A program made the translations under genes and the position numbers. From Octopus bimaculoides (lineage: Eukaryota): a stretch of 64,000 nt of DNA. The notes under the pieces are model-generated. The model was given only the letters and a program-made list of their open reading frames with translations, was not told where the DNA came from and did not search any database. Below are positions 13,107 through 24,745 of the stretch, piece by piece; the first letter of the stretch is position 1; every line of letters begins with the position of its first letter. The stretch lies in assembly GCF_001194135.2 (NCBI RefSeq), contig NC_068984.1, positions 25,110,142 to 25,174,141 on the forward strand. Reading direction: 5' to 3'.

Positions 13107-13208
13107 ATCAATTCACCAAAGGATACCATCAGAAACATTAAATTCAAGCGACTCCCACTAAGGAACAATAATTACCAAAGGTACCTTAAGGACCTCCTGC
13201 ACAAGCTA
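12943..13208. repeat. 88-bp inverted repeat (4 mismatches) enclosing a 12-bp hairpin
   Basis: 12943-13030 is the reverse complement of 13121-13208; TCCTTTGGTGAA-TCAA-TTCACCAAAGGA at 13096-13123. Confidence 0.95.
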
Positions 13209-13246
13209 TACACACACATATACATACACATATACATATACATGTG

Positions 13247-13309
<63 letters not shown>

Positions 13310-13310
<1 letters not shown>

Positions 13311-13510
13311 AAACAATGGGGTGCTGAAAGGTTCCTGGCTTTAAGGGTATCGCAAAAGGTCTGGTCAGAGGCCCAACCTTTCAACTTCTTTTACAGGATT
13401 TAAAAAAACTGAAGGACTGCTGCAATAAGTGTGTGAATCTAAGAGGGGAATATGTTGGATAAAATTATAATTAACTGATCCTCTTGTATTTTCTTTTACC
13501 CAAACCCAAT
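13310..13510 (+). mobile_element. Mariner-derived MITE (partial)
   Basis: GGTGCTGAAAGGTTCCTGGCT TIR and CVNLRGEYVG* transposase-end remnant; homologous in opposite orientation to 27986-28197. Confidence 0.7.
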
Positions 13511-15002
13511 GCATGCATGCGTAAGACAGGCTGCTCTCAGTTTCTGTCAACCAAATCCACTCAGGTTTTGATTGGTGATTGGTCCAGAGCTAAAGTAGAA
13601 GACGCTTGCTCAAAAGTGTCTTCTATTTTAATAGAACCCAAGACTACATTGCTGGGTTAAAAAGCAGGTTTTTTTTTAGCCACGCAGCCACACCTATGCT
13701 TTGGCCATGCTTTCACCTTAGAGTATGAATGATAGTAGGAGAGAAGTTTGCTAACAGGAGAGTAGGCTGTGGTTTGAAACTTGATAGTTCAGAGAAGTGG
13801 GCGGCATTGTGACAATGGTAGAAGAAATAGACAAAATGGGACACCTGTGAGTTGTCAAGTCAGGGAGTGCATAGTTGTTAATCAGTTGGGTCGAGTCATT
13901 TTTATACTGTCTATCATACTTGTGGGGGTGTGACAGCAGCAACATCTCATATAAGATAGATTTGGGTTAATTCTCAGGTTGTGATAATATGAAAATGATT
14001 GTAAAGAACTAGCTTCTCCTGGTTTTACACTACCACTTGACCCTTTGATGGATTTAGTAATATTTACTCTTTTGCAAGCATTTGGACAATGTAAAGTTGT
14101 TGGTGAATAAATATGTTTTAGTCAACCTTGCAGCAAAATAGGACAAAGACATAAATTCCATGATAGTAAATCTAATACTGGGGTTTTTGCCCTTCCCCAC
14201 CAATAAAATTTCGTCTTAACCTCTTATATCTACCTGGGTGATAAAAAGCTCTGGTGATGGTGCCATGTTAGAAGTATCCCGTACACTCTGTAAGGCGGTA
14301 GGCATTAAGAAGAGCATCAAGCTGTAGAAACCAAGCCAAAACAGACTATGAAACTTGGTGTGGCTCCTGGCCTTGCCAGTTCCTATCAAGCCATCCAACC
14401 CATACCAGCATGGAAAATGGACGTTAAATGTTGTTGTTGATGATGATGATGATGATTTTTACAATGCATTCTCTTATATTTGCCTTCGTTCATTTGAATT
14501 CTCCAAATAGATACCAAACAATCTAGATGGATTTTGGATTTCCTGTCTACATGAAGAAGATAACAAAAACCACTCAGGTGCAATATCTCCTTCTTTTCTT
14601 TCTTTTTATTATTTCTGTCATTGGATTGTGACCATTCTAGAGCACTGTCTTTTAGTTGAAACTATTAAATGATAAAAGATAATGTTGACTTTAGGAGTAA
14701 AGTCAATATTTGTTAGTGAGGAAGAGTACCAGAGGCTCACAGTAGAGACATTTTTATAAAAAGCCCAAAATGGATAAAGAGGAAATAATGATTCAACAAA
14801 ATATGATTGACAGAAGAAGTTATAACATTTAGGAAGAATAGAACTAAAATTGCAGACTACTACTGGAGATTTATCGCTTCCAGCTTTCGTTTATTCTCAG
14901 AGATAATTGATTCTGACCATTCTTGAAAATAATCATTGTAAAATAGAGTTCCAAGTGATTTTACATTATATATCAACTCATCCTTTATAATATTGAGGTC
15001 TC

Positions 15003-15714
15003 TACAAAGATGGGCTGAAAAGTTCATAGGCTGACTATGAAGGAGTGGTGCTAGAGCTGTGAAATCTTGCATGCATTAATTTCAGCTCTTCTTATTAATA
15101 ACTGCATTGTTTCTTTCCAGGTAAATTGACATCTGATTGTTCAAAGAAGTCTTCAAAAGTAACAAGTAGTGACTTCTCTTGAAAATGGACAAAATTTGGC
15201 ACCGTGGTGTTACCAAGTACCTGCATAAAAAGGGTTTAAACTCCAAAGACATTCATGCTGACATGGTTGCTACATTGCTCTAGTATTATCAATAGTTCAA
15301 ATAAAGTAGACAACTGTGTTTAGGAGGGGAATGAAAAGTCTTGAAAATGATCCAAGATCTGGGTGACCAGCAACTGCCACCACCAAGGAAAATATTGATT
15401 GTGTTCACCACATGGTAATGGATGACAAGAAATTTGCTCTAAATCAAATAGTCAATGCTATCAGCATATCCTGTGAGAGGGTTGAGAATATTCTGCACAC
15501 TAAACTTGACATGACAAGGGTTTCTGCTCGTTGGATACCATATCTTCTGACACCTGATCAAAAGTGCTGAGGCAATTATGAAAGGTCATCAAGCCCAAAT
15601 GATGGAAGAAGTGTGTAAACCACAAGAGGGACTATGTTGAAAAATAAACCTCATTTGGTTACATTCCATGAGAGTATCTTGGTCAGCCTATGAACTTTTC
15701 AGTCAACCCTCATA
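15003..15714 (+). mobile_element. Internally deleted mariner (Himar1/Hsmar2-like, irritans-type)
   Basis: TIRs (G/A)CTGAAAAGTTCATAGGCTGAC at both ends, bounded by TA; from 15185 MDKIWHRGVTKYLHKKG...ENDPRSG*P...SARWIPYLLTPDQK, then a jump to the terminal RDYVEK*-like codons; catalytic domain missing. Confidence 0.85.
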
Positions 15715-16056
15715 TAAAACTCTCAGAAAAATGCTCTGTAAATAAACCTGCAGTCAATATATTCTTTCAATGAATAGGCAGAATCATTTGAGCATTGAAA
15801 ATATGCTTTGTGGTGTTTGTTTTCGCTCTTTACATTCTGAGTTCAAATCTAGCTGGAGTCAACTTTTGCCTTTCATTCTTTCAGAGTTAATAAAATAAAG
15901 TACTGAGACAAATGCAAACGACTAACTCCTTCACTCAAAAATTACTCCCTTTATGCCTGAATTAGAAGTCATTTGTAGAATTCTACATACACAGTGTTGT
16001 TCTTAAAGTTAACTAAATGCTGAAATATGTTAGTTAAATAAATATTTAAGTTTTAA

Positions 16057-16193
16057 CCCTTTGAGCACTGACCTCCTGAACCTTATTTAACTATATACCT
16101 GGCACTCCACCAGTACTCCACTGATAGAGCGGTGCTACAGTATTCAGAAAAATAAGCCATCCACTGGTAAACCAGTGTTACGGGCTCAAAGGG
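16057..16193. mobile_element. 137-bp piggyBac-type MITE
   Basis: TTAA|CCCTTTGAGC ... GCTCAAAGGG|TTAA: perfect 10-bp TIR, TTAA on both sides, CCC/GGG ends. Confidence 0.8.
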
Positions 16194-16285
16194 TTAAGGA
16201 TTGCAGTTGGTTATTTGTCAATAAAGGGATGTGTAACACTTATAGAACATTATTACCTCTTAAAAACTGAAGGATTAGATTAGTA

Positions 16286-17552
16286 TTGGGTTGTCAAGAA
16301 AGTTCTTGTGCTTTTTAACCTTTAAATTCAGATGCACATATCTCGGCTCAAACAAAACTTTATTAATCGAAATAAACACCATCAGAATCAACATACTTTT
16401 GTCAATGCGAAACAAGTTTATTTGTGCCAGTAGCATAAAAATCCTGCATTCTGGTGGCAATGAAGTCATTGAAGGCATGTTTGGCATTGTCTTGGTTTTT
16501 GAAGCATTTCTCATGCAGGAAGTTGCCGAGATGCTTGAAAAAGTGCTAGTCAGTAGGCAAGAGGTCTGGTGAGTATGGCGAATGAGGCAGAGTTTCATAG
16601 CCCAATTCATTCAACTTCTGCAGGGTCAGTTGTGCGATGTGCAGCCGAGCATTGTCGTGGAGAAGAATTGGTCCTTTTCTATTGACCAATGCTGGCTGTT
16701 ATTGTCAGAGTTTCTTATGCATTTCATCCATTTGTTGACAGTACTTCTCCACCGTAATGGTTTTGCCTGGATCCAAAAAGCTGTGATGGATGAGACCAGC
16801 CACAGACCACCAAAGAGTCACCATGACCTTCTTTTGATGCAACTTTGACTCTGAGAAGTGCCGTGGAGCTTTGTCAGCATCCAACCACTGAGCTGAGCAT
16901 CACCAGTTGTCATAAAGAATCCACTTTTCAGCACGAGTCACAATCCGGTTGTTGCGTAAAAGAAAGGAAGACGACACTTCAAAACGGCGTTTTTTTGGGG
17001 CGTTGTTCAATTCATGTAGCACCCATTTCTCAAGTATTTTTGTTTTTCCAATCTCTTTCAAGTGGTTGGAAATTGTCGTATACATTATGTCTAATTCAGA
17101 AGCAAGCTCTTGAACAGTTGTGCGTGGATTGGCTTCAACTAAGGCTCTTAGTTGATCGTTGTTAGCATCCGATGGCCAACCACTACACTTATCATCGTCA
17201 AGACTCTCGTCACCGCTATGAAATTTCTTGAAACACCATTGTGCTGTACATTCATTAGTGGTTCCTGAGCCAAACACATCGTTGATATCACGAGTTGTTT
17301 CAACAGCTTTTCAGCTAGCTTGAACTGGAATAAGAAGATTGTGCGAATTTGCTCTTTGTCCATGTTGTATTCAATGTTCCAGAAAAAATGGCCTAGTTAT
17401 TCAAAAAGAAAAAGAGTAACATGATTAGATAGAGCGAAAAATGGGCTTTAAAATGATATATTAAATCACGGTAATTTAACGAAAATTAATTTGAAAATGC
17501 ACCATTTAAAACCAAAATTTAAAATTCCACAAGAACTTTCTTGACAACCTAA
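16286..17552 (-). mobile_element. Full-length (1267 bp) inactive mariner, Hsmar1-like (cecropia-type)
   Basis: 25-bp TIRs TT(G/A)GGTTGTCAAGAAAGTTCTTGTG flanked by TA (16284-85, 17553-54). Confidence 0.93.
16363..17363 (-). pseudogene. Mariner D,D34D transposase pseudogene (frameshifts and stops)
   Basis: MDKEQIRTIFLFQFK...KWVLHEL...RRFEVSSSFLLRN...IVTRAEKWILYDN...[13 protein letters not shown]...[16 protein letters not shown]...DGVYFD*; colinear with Hsmar1 as recalled; first catalytic Asp appears as Ala. Confidence 0.9.
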
Positions 17553-20136
17553 TACTGTGAAACGACAACAGATCATGGTTAAATATATATATCAATGTAT
17601 TGGATTATATAATTAATACCTAAAGTCCCATGAATCAAAACAGCTGTTGCATGTCTACACATTGATTCAAACATCCAATCTTTTGGTTTTCAATTAAAAA
17701 TTTGTTTTTGACAATAACCAAAATTTTGGAAGACTGAGTAGTGACATCAGCAAAAATCCAGACAATGACATTATGAGTAAACATGTCCTGGATTTTTGAG
17801 TGATAATCTCATCACAGATCTGACCAGATAGATTTTTTATGGAGCATGTAAAAGAGATCAGGTCAGAAGAGAAAAGACAAGTTTAACAGGTAGACTATCT
17901 GAATGCCAGGAGCTTAATGATATAAGCAGCGATGCATAACAGCCTGCAAATTCTTGCATTTGGCACACTCACAGTTATGACAATCAAAATGCTGCATTGT
18001 AAAAAGGAAGTGTCTACATTAAAACACTTGCCATTTTCACAGAAATATCCTTGCTTCTTTTTTAATACACATCCTCTACTATGAACAGAACTTTCTGAGA
18101 TGACTTGAGTTTCTTTTCTTGGAAGCATCACATTCTATATAAACTTTTTACAACAAAACAGGCAATGAGTTAAAAATAAATGCATACTCTTTTCATTCAA
18201 CCACCACCATTTCTTGTTGCACAGTTAAAATCACAAATTAACAGGCCCTTCATGTGGTTTTTTTTTTTTTTTGTCATCAAACAAGATAGGTAACTGGAGG
18301 TGAGCAGGAAGAATAATATAGTTATTGTCCATTGCAAGGACTTCTATTACCTCTTCTGGACCAGGTGTGCCTGTATGGTTAAGAAATTTACATCACAACA
18401 ATGTGGCTCCATGTTAAATCCCACAGTGGAAATTTGAAATATTTCATGTCAAATCATGTGACAAGTTACAGTACTACACAGGCCTCTCAATCATCTCCCT
18501 AACCACCTAAATTCACCATCCTACTTTGTTCCAAATGAGACCTCAACTGATCTCTTTATTACTAAGCTTTGACGTTTTAATTGGAAATAAGAAATTTTGT
18601 GTAAGTTATTTGTGATATTCTCAATTTTAGTACCCCTAGCAATTGTCTAGTTTGCCTAGTGCATAGCACCAACCTTACTTTTGGGATACGATAGTTACTG
18701 AAACTTATTTATTCGCAACAGATAGGATTCTAACCAAAGAAATGATGATAGTGAATTAACAAATAATAGCCTATATGATCTACAACATTCATTTCTTATC
18801 AATGAAATAACAGCTAAATCTCTCTCAAATTATATACACTTTATAGTCCTAAAAAGGAGCGATAGATTAAATAATGCAATCTTAGGTGTACAATACCTAA
18901 GAAAACAGGATAATCATGGTTGGAATGCTTTTTTTATCATAAGTCTGCTCACTTAGGGATGACTTTGGACTAAATAATTGTGACAATCATAAAATATATG
19001 CATTTCTAAATCACATTTTGCATATTGTATTGGCACACCTTGAAGTAATAAAAGCTCCTGTTAAACTATATATATTACTATTCAACATTCTTTGAAAGGT
19101 ATGTTATTTATCTAGGATAAAATTTCCTCCCACATTTAGGGTGGATATCAACAGATCGTTATTTTTTATCTACTTTTCTTTAACCTTCTTTGACACCAAC
19201 CTACTCTAGTTCTTTGATATAAAAATATCTTTTTTAAAAATGTTTCTATTTAATTACACCTATCTATCATAGTTTTATGTAAAGGCTTTTTGTTACTTCG
19301 TGTTCCATACACTGGCATAATATTACAAATAATGAAAAAGTCAAATATTTTATAAAAACACTCAAAATTCTTGATTATTTTCAGCTTAACTGAAATTTAG
19401 AACTGTGTCAATGAATCACTTACTCAACCAACCAATCACTCACTCAATCAATCAAATAGTCAAGTAATTTTAAATCCATAGCTTAGGGAGGTTGTAAGTG
19501 TGTAGTAAAAGACACATCTTCCTGCCTAAGTTTTTCTCTTTCATCAAACAACCTCATGCTTTCCACCATCTTCCTCTGTCCCCTCCTTGTTATTATTCAA
19601 CCACCCACTTTGTAATCTTTCTATACCACTATTACTGGGGATTGTCCATGCACAGGACAGGGACAGGGTGTCATGTTCTGGCAGGGTGTTATGTACTCAT
19701 GTTAAATGATCAAGACATTCTATTAGCAACATTATAGCAACTGAGAGAAGAATTTCATTGTTTACAGTCTTCTCAACAATTTCTGTATATGGAATACAAA
19801 TAGTGCATTTTGGTAGCAGTACATGCATGGAAAGGTTAAAATATGTACAAACAATTCTGATATTTCTTCTGTTGATATTTCATAACATTTATGTCAAACA
19901 AACATACATATGAATTTAATGTATAAAGAGAGGCCGTTGTGTACATCTTTGTAACCTATCTTAGCATGAAGGAAGACAGTATTAAACAGGCAATGAGGAT
20001 GATTATGGGAATATTGATTAAAGTAGTACAGTATCTTTTGGTGAGTTCCTTAATAATTGTATTATTTCTGACATAACAAGACAGAAGATTGTGAATTACT
20101 GTAATAAACATTTACATAGTCATTCTTATTATGTGA

Positions 20137-20470
20137 AGGCACATGGCTCAGTGGTTAGAGCGTTGAGCTTATGAATGTGAGGTTGTGAGTTTGATTCTCA
20201 GACAGGGCTGTATGTTGTGTTCATGAGCAAGACACTTTAATTCATGTTGCTCCAGTTCACTCAGCTGTAGAAATGAGTGGTGGTGTCATGGGTACCAAGT
20301 TGTATCAGTCTTTGCCTTTCCCTTGGGCAACATTGGTAGCATGGAGAAGGGAGACTGGTATGCATGGGTAACTGCTGGTCTTCCACAAACAACCTTGCCC
20401 AGGCTTGTGACTAGCAGGGGAACGTTCTAGGTGCAATCCTATGGTCATTAGTGACCAAAGCAGGACTTTA
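20137..20470 (+). mobile_element. tRNA-derived SINE, family D
   Basis: A box TGGCTCAGTGG, B-box-like GTTTGATTC, then TGAGCAAGACACTTTAATTCATGTTGCTCCAGTTCACTCAGCTG. Confidence 0.8.
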
Positions 20471-20569
20471 CTCTTTTACTCAAGTCATTCTTATCACCAG
20501 TTTAATACTTTCTTTCTGTATGCTGGCATGGAATGCAGAGATGTACACAACAGCCTATATATATACAGG

Positions 20570-20850
20570 AGGGAGAATGTACGACAAAAAAACAACAACA
20601 GACGAGGACAGGTGGTGTAAACAACAAAAGGATGTATTAGTATGATGCTCGGGAATACGGAAAGTCTTTAACGTTTCGAGCTACGCTCTTCAACAGAAAG
20701 AATACGGAGAAAACAAGGAGAAAAACACGGAGAAAACAAGGAGAAAAACACGGAGAAAACAAGGAGAAAAACATGGAGAAAACAAGGAGAAAAACACGGA
20801 GAAAAAAAATTGAATGGTGTTCGGTCAACGATCTATCATGACTGGCTCCC
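20570..20850 (-). mobile_element. Probable Penelope-like pseudo-LTR fragment with internal 23-bp tandem repeat
   Basis: Contains a hammerhead fold; (GGAGAAAACAAGGAGAAAAACAC)x4 at 20706-20797; a second fragment of the same family lies inverted at ~49672-49725. Confidence 0.6.
20665..20701 (-). ncRNA. Minimal type-I hammerhead ribozyme-like motif, core variant CUGUUGA
   Basis: TCTTT-CTGTTGA-A-GAGC(GTA)GCTC-GAAA-CG-T-T-AAAGA: 5-bp stem I, 4-bp stem II, palindromic ACGU stem III. Confidence 0.7.
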
Positions 20851-21648
20851 ACATTGAATTCACCTGCATGGCATACCTTCCTTATATTTAATCAACATTT
20901 TTTGATCATGGATCTTAGTTTATTTAAGAATACCCTTAACTCATGAAACTGTAATCTTGTAACACCAACCTTTCAAATAACAACTAGTTCCTCATTTATA
21001 TCAAACCAATAAGGTAGGAGCTTTTACATGGTGTCTCCACTTGCTAAAAATTGCAACCAAATTGCCTTTAAATCACACTCAATTGTCTTTAAAAAGAAAA
21101 GAAAGGACACTTTGGATAGTGTAGTCCTAGGTACACTATGCCTTAGATCAGTTAGTCACAGTTGCACTCAATCAAAGTTAACACAGGCCTAAACAACAAT
21201 TGCATGTTCATGTCTATGCATTTATTTTTGATGTAAATACAGAAATACTTTTGTTTTCAAAGACATTCAACTTGACACAAGTTCTATGAAATGTCAACGC
21301 AAGGGATATCAGATTTCTTGGTATGTATTTTAACCAAAACAAAAGCAAATGAGAAAACAGCAGGGAAATATTTTAGGATTGACTGCTTTAAATGCAAGTG
21401 GAACAATTGCAATAAACATATAATATGCATTTTGTAATAAGGTCAATCAATAAAATGCAACAGTTTAACAACAACTTTTATTACTTCAAGATATCAAATG
21501 CAGCATGTGAGACAGTCAGAGATGGGTTTTACAAATTTATTTATAATTGGTGATGTAAATGACATGGCCATTGTAGAGTAGAAGGAAAGCTGTTAGCAAA
21601 ATGTGTTTTGATTCCTGATAGTTCAATTCCTGAACCAGGAGCCAATTG

Positions 21649-21708
21649 TATCCTAGAGGATTTAGCTTTATGGCATGTCATCCCATAAAGTTAAATCCTT
21701 TATGGGTA
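21649..21708. other. ~60-nt stem-loop in apparently unique sequence
   Basis: 21658-21673 pairs with 21683-21698 (16 bp, one G-U) around a 9-nt loop; extendable to ~25 bp with one bulge. Confidence 0.6.
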
Positions 21709-21746
21709 GGAAACCCAGGGTAATTCCATAAACCAGCCTTCCCCAC

Positions 21747-21785
<39 letters not shown>

Positions 21786-22974
21786 AACACCTGCTTTCCA
21801 TAGTGACTTGGACTGGACAGACTGTTACATCCAAGTTAGTGCTTATTGAGAGTTACTGCTCTTCTAGAGGGATCAGAGGATCATGTCTCACTTGAAAGTT
21901 CTGTTTTGGTATGGTTTCTATAGCTGGATGCTCTTCCAAACATCAACCACTAAACAGTGTCCTGGGTCCATTTTCTCAAAGCACCAGCACTGGTGGAGTT
22001 AACAGGCCCTTGACTAGACTAAAAGGTTTTCTCAATCCAACATTGTCACCACTCATTCATAAACCACATTATAGAGTATGCAGAGTGCATTGGTACCGGC
22101 TGTAGTAAAGTTGCATTGTGCCCACAAGACTACAGGATCTTAACTATTCTTTGGTGTCTCCATTTATTCTCAGTAATGTGACAAAGAGGATGAATAGGAT
22201 CTGAAGTAATGACAAAGGAAAAATCAGGATGAAGAGGGATGAATAGAGCTAGAATGCAAGTATGATGGAAGAAACAGGGTAGGTGTGGTGAGCTGGTGGT
22301 GGAGGAAGGATTAATGGAGAAGAGACAGTGTGGCAAAAATGGGAGACGGTAGAAACAAGGAGTAATGGAAGAGACTCAGTGATGGCAGCTACATGTTTGC
22401 TAAAGAGAGAGGATTGAGTTACAGATTGTAACAGGGATGGGCCAAATAAGGGGAGGCTATCAATAATGAGTCGCTTTGGAGAAGAGGAAGTATGATATAT
22501 TTACATTTTGGTCTCTTGCCTAAAATGTTCCTGTTATGTTTCTACTTTCCATTTAGTCTTCCCAACCCTATTCATTCTACTATGCTGTCTCTTTGACTAG
22601 AGATGGCAGTCACTTTCTCATATTTACTGTACCGTACCAACAACTGCTGTCTGTGTAGTGAATGATGGTAGTGGAAGTAACTATATTTGGTACTCCTTAC
22701 TACAATCCTTATCCCACTTCCGTCTCTCATATGTATGTATAAGGAATTGCATTGGATTTGCTTGTATCTTATTTCCTCTTTCATCATCCCTTCTGTGCTG
22801 TTAGACATCACTAATGCCCTCTTAATGGGCATTTCACCATGCTGTCACAAATAAGCAGATCTTCTCCAACATCACATCACCAATCTTCACAATTCTTTGT
22901 CATTGTATTTGCAGGGCTCAGCATCTAGAGATTGTTTTCATTTCATCCTATGCCTTTCTAGGTTCCTTCATGTG

Positions 22975-23031
<57 letters not shown>

Positions 23032-23872
23032 TGTATCTGTGCGTGATCTTCAAATTAATGCTAAATACTTCAGATTGTTGTTTAGCCCAAGGTCACCTTT
23101 GATCAAGCAGACTGATGACAAACATAATAACATTAACTTGTCCAAAACTATCAACATTTTGGCTGGTAATCAAAAAGTCTATTAATTTGGCAGACTAATT
23201 AGTTAGTATAAATTATTTTAGTAAGATTTAGTTTATTAAAAGTTATCTACAAATAGCAAACTTTTCGGAGTGGTAATTTAATGGCTTAACAATAGCTAAA
23301 ATACATGTTTATGTAGCTACCTTATACAAAGAAAACAAAATTATACAATTATACAAATTATTTCTCATGCCTTCTCTCTCTCTCTCTCCCTCTCTCTCCC
23401 CCCTTTCTCTCTTCTTAACACCATTAAAACCTAAAATAAATGTTTTAAAATAGTTTTAGGTGTCAAAAGAGTTTTTTTTCTTTTTATTTGATAACACATA
23501 TAACATTCCAGAAGATTCTTTTTAAATCCTTACATTTTAAACAAATTAAAATATTTAAACATATTCGTTACTTTTTTACTTTTACTTCCCATCTCCCAGT
23601 CTAGCTTAGATTTAATAGTTTTGCTTCAAATAAAACTGATCTAATGAAACACTTCCTAAAATATCAGTACCTTAAATCATACAAAATATGAAGGAATCAG
23701 TTTTCAAGTAGAAAACATTATTTAGTAAAGCTATGAAAATGGAGATTGATAGTTTCAATGTGACTAGATAGACAGGTAAAGAATCTTAGAATTCTGAGGA
23801 GCGATATGGTTAACCACTAAAGTCATTTCAATAATGTGTGTCACTCTAGACTTTGATATTTACTGGTTAGAA

Positions 23873-24086
23873 GGCGGCAAACTGGCAGACTCATTAGCAT
23901 ATTGGAGAAAATGCTTAGCAGCTTTTCATCTGTCTTAACGTTCTGAGTTCAAATTCTACCAGTGTTAACTTTGCTTTTCATCATTTTGGGGTCAATAAAA
24001 TAAGTACCAGTTGAACTCTGGGGGTCAATGTAATTGACATACCCACTCCTCCGAAATTTCAGGCCTTGTGCCAAAATTTGAAACCA
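23873..24086 (+). mobile_element. SINE family A with 17-bp TSD
   Basis: ATATTTACTG(G/A)TTAGAA at 23856-23872 and 24087-24103. Confidence 0.9.
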
Positions 24087-24426
24087 ATATTTACTGATTA
24101 GAAAAGAAGACGCGGAAAAGTAACACATACTACAAAGAACTTTCTAGAACACTGGTGGGAGGAAGGTGGTAATCAAGAAGTTGAGAATGGGAGTTTATAG
24201 ATTTTACAGAGGTAATATCTCTTCTGGTATAGTTTTATAGGGCAGAATTCAAATCCTGCAAGAACCGCTTTTACCTTTGGTCCAACACATATAAATATTT
24301 GATGCTACCTTTGGTGCTGCTGCTGTTGCTGTTATTTAACCCCAGGCATTTCTGACTGAACAGGCCGATAAAGGTATTTAAGCCATAACTATCTCATTCT
24401 TTTGCCAGGCATTACATACCCTAGAG

Positions 24427-24745
24427 CAGGGGTTTTCAAACTTTTTGATTTGCGGACCCCTTTATATTTCAGGCTTTACCTTACGGAACCCCTTATAAAC
24501 GCTTATGAAATTTATATATAAATATTTGCTTAAAATAACATATATTTTTACATTTATTTATTTAACAGTATTTAGCAAATAGGTTTATTGTCAATTATAC
24601 ACACAGGATTTTTTTAATACATACTTAGTGAGAAGGATGTGCTTGCTTGGCTCTGCATGGATCCCCTGTCTTGGCTTTCCACGGACCCCCTGTCTTGTCC
24701 TTGTGGACCCCCTGTGGTCCACGGACCACAGTTTGAAAAACCCTG
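24427..24745. mobile_element. hAT (Charlie-like) MITE
   Basis: TIR CAGGGGTTTTCAAACT / AGTTTGAAAAACCCTG; degenerate 8-bp TSD CCCTAGAG/CTCTAGAC resembling the NTCTAGAN target. Confidence 0.88.

Noticed and set aside
19050-19100. Possible 51-nt exon ending AAAG|GTATGT
   Set aside because: Weak acceptor and unrecognised peptide; such sites are common by chance.
20706-20797. CRISPR-like regularity here and at 30053-30127
   Set aside because: Head-to-tail repeats with no spacers, in a eukaryotic repeat context.
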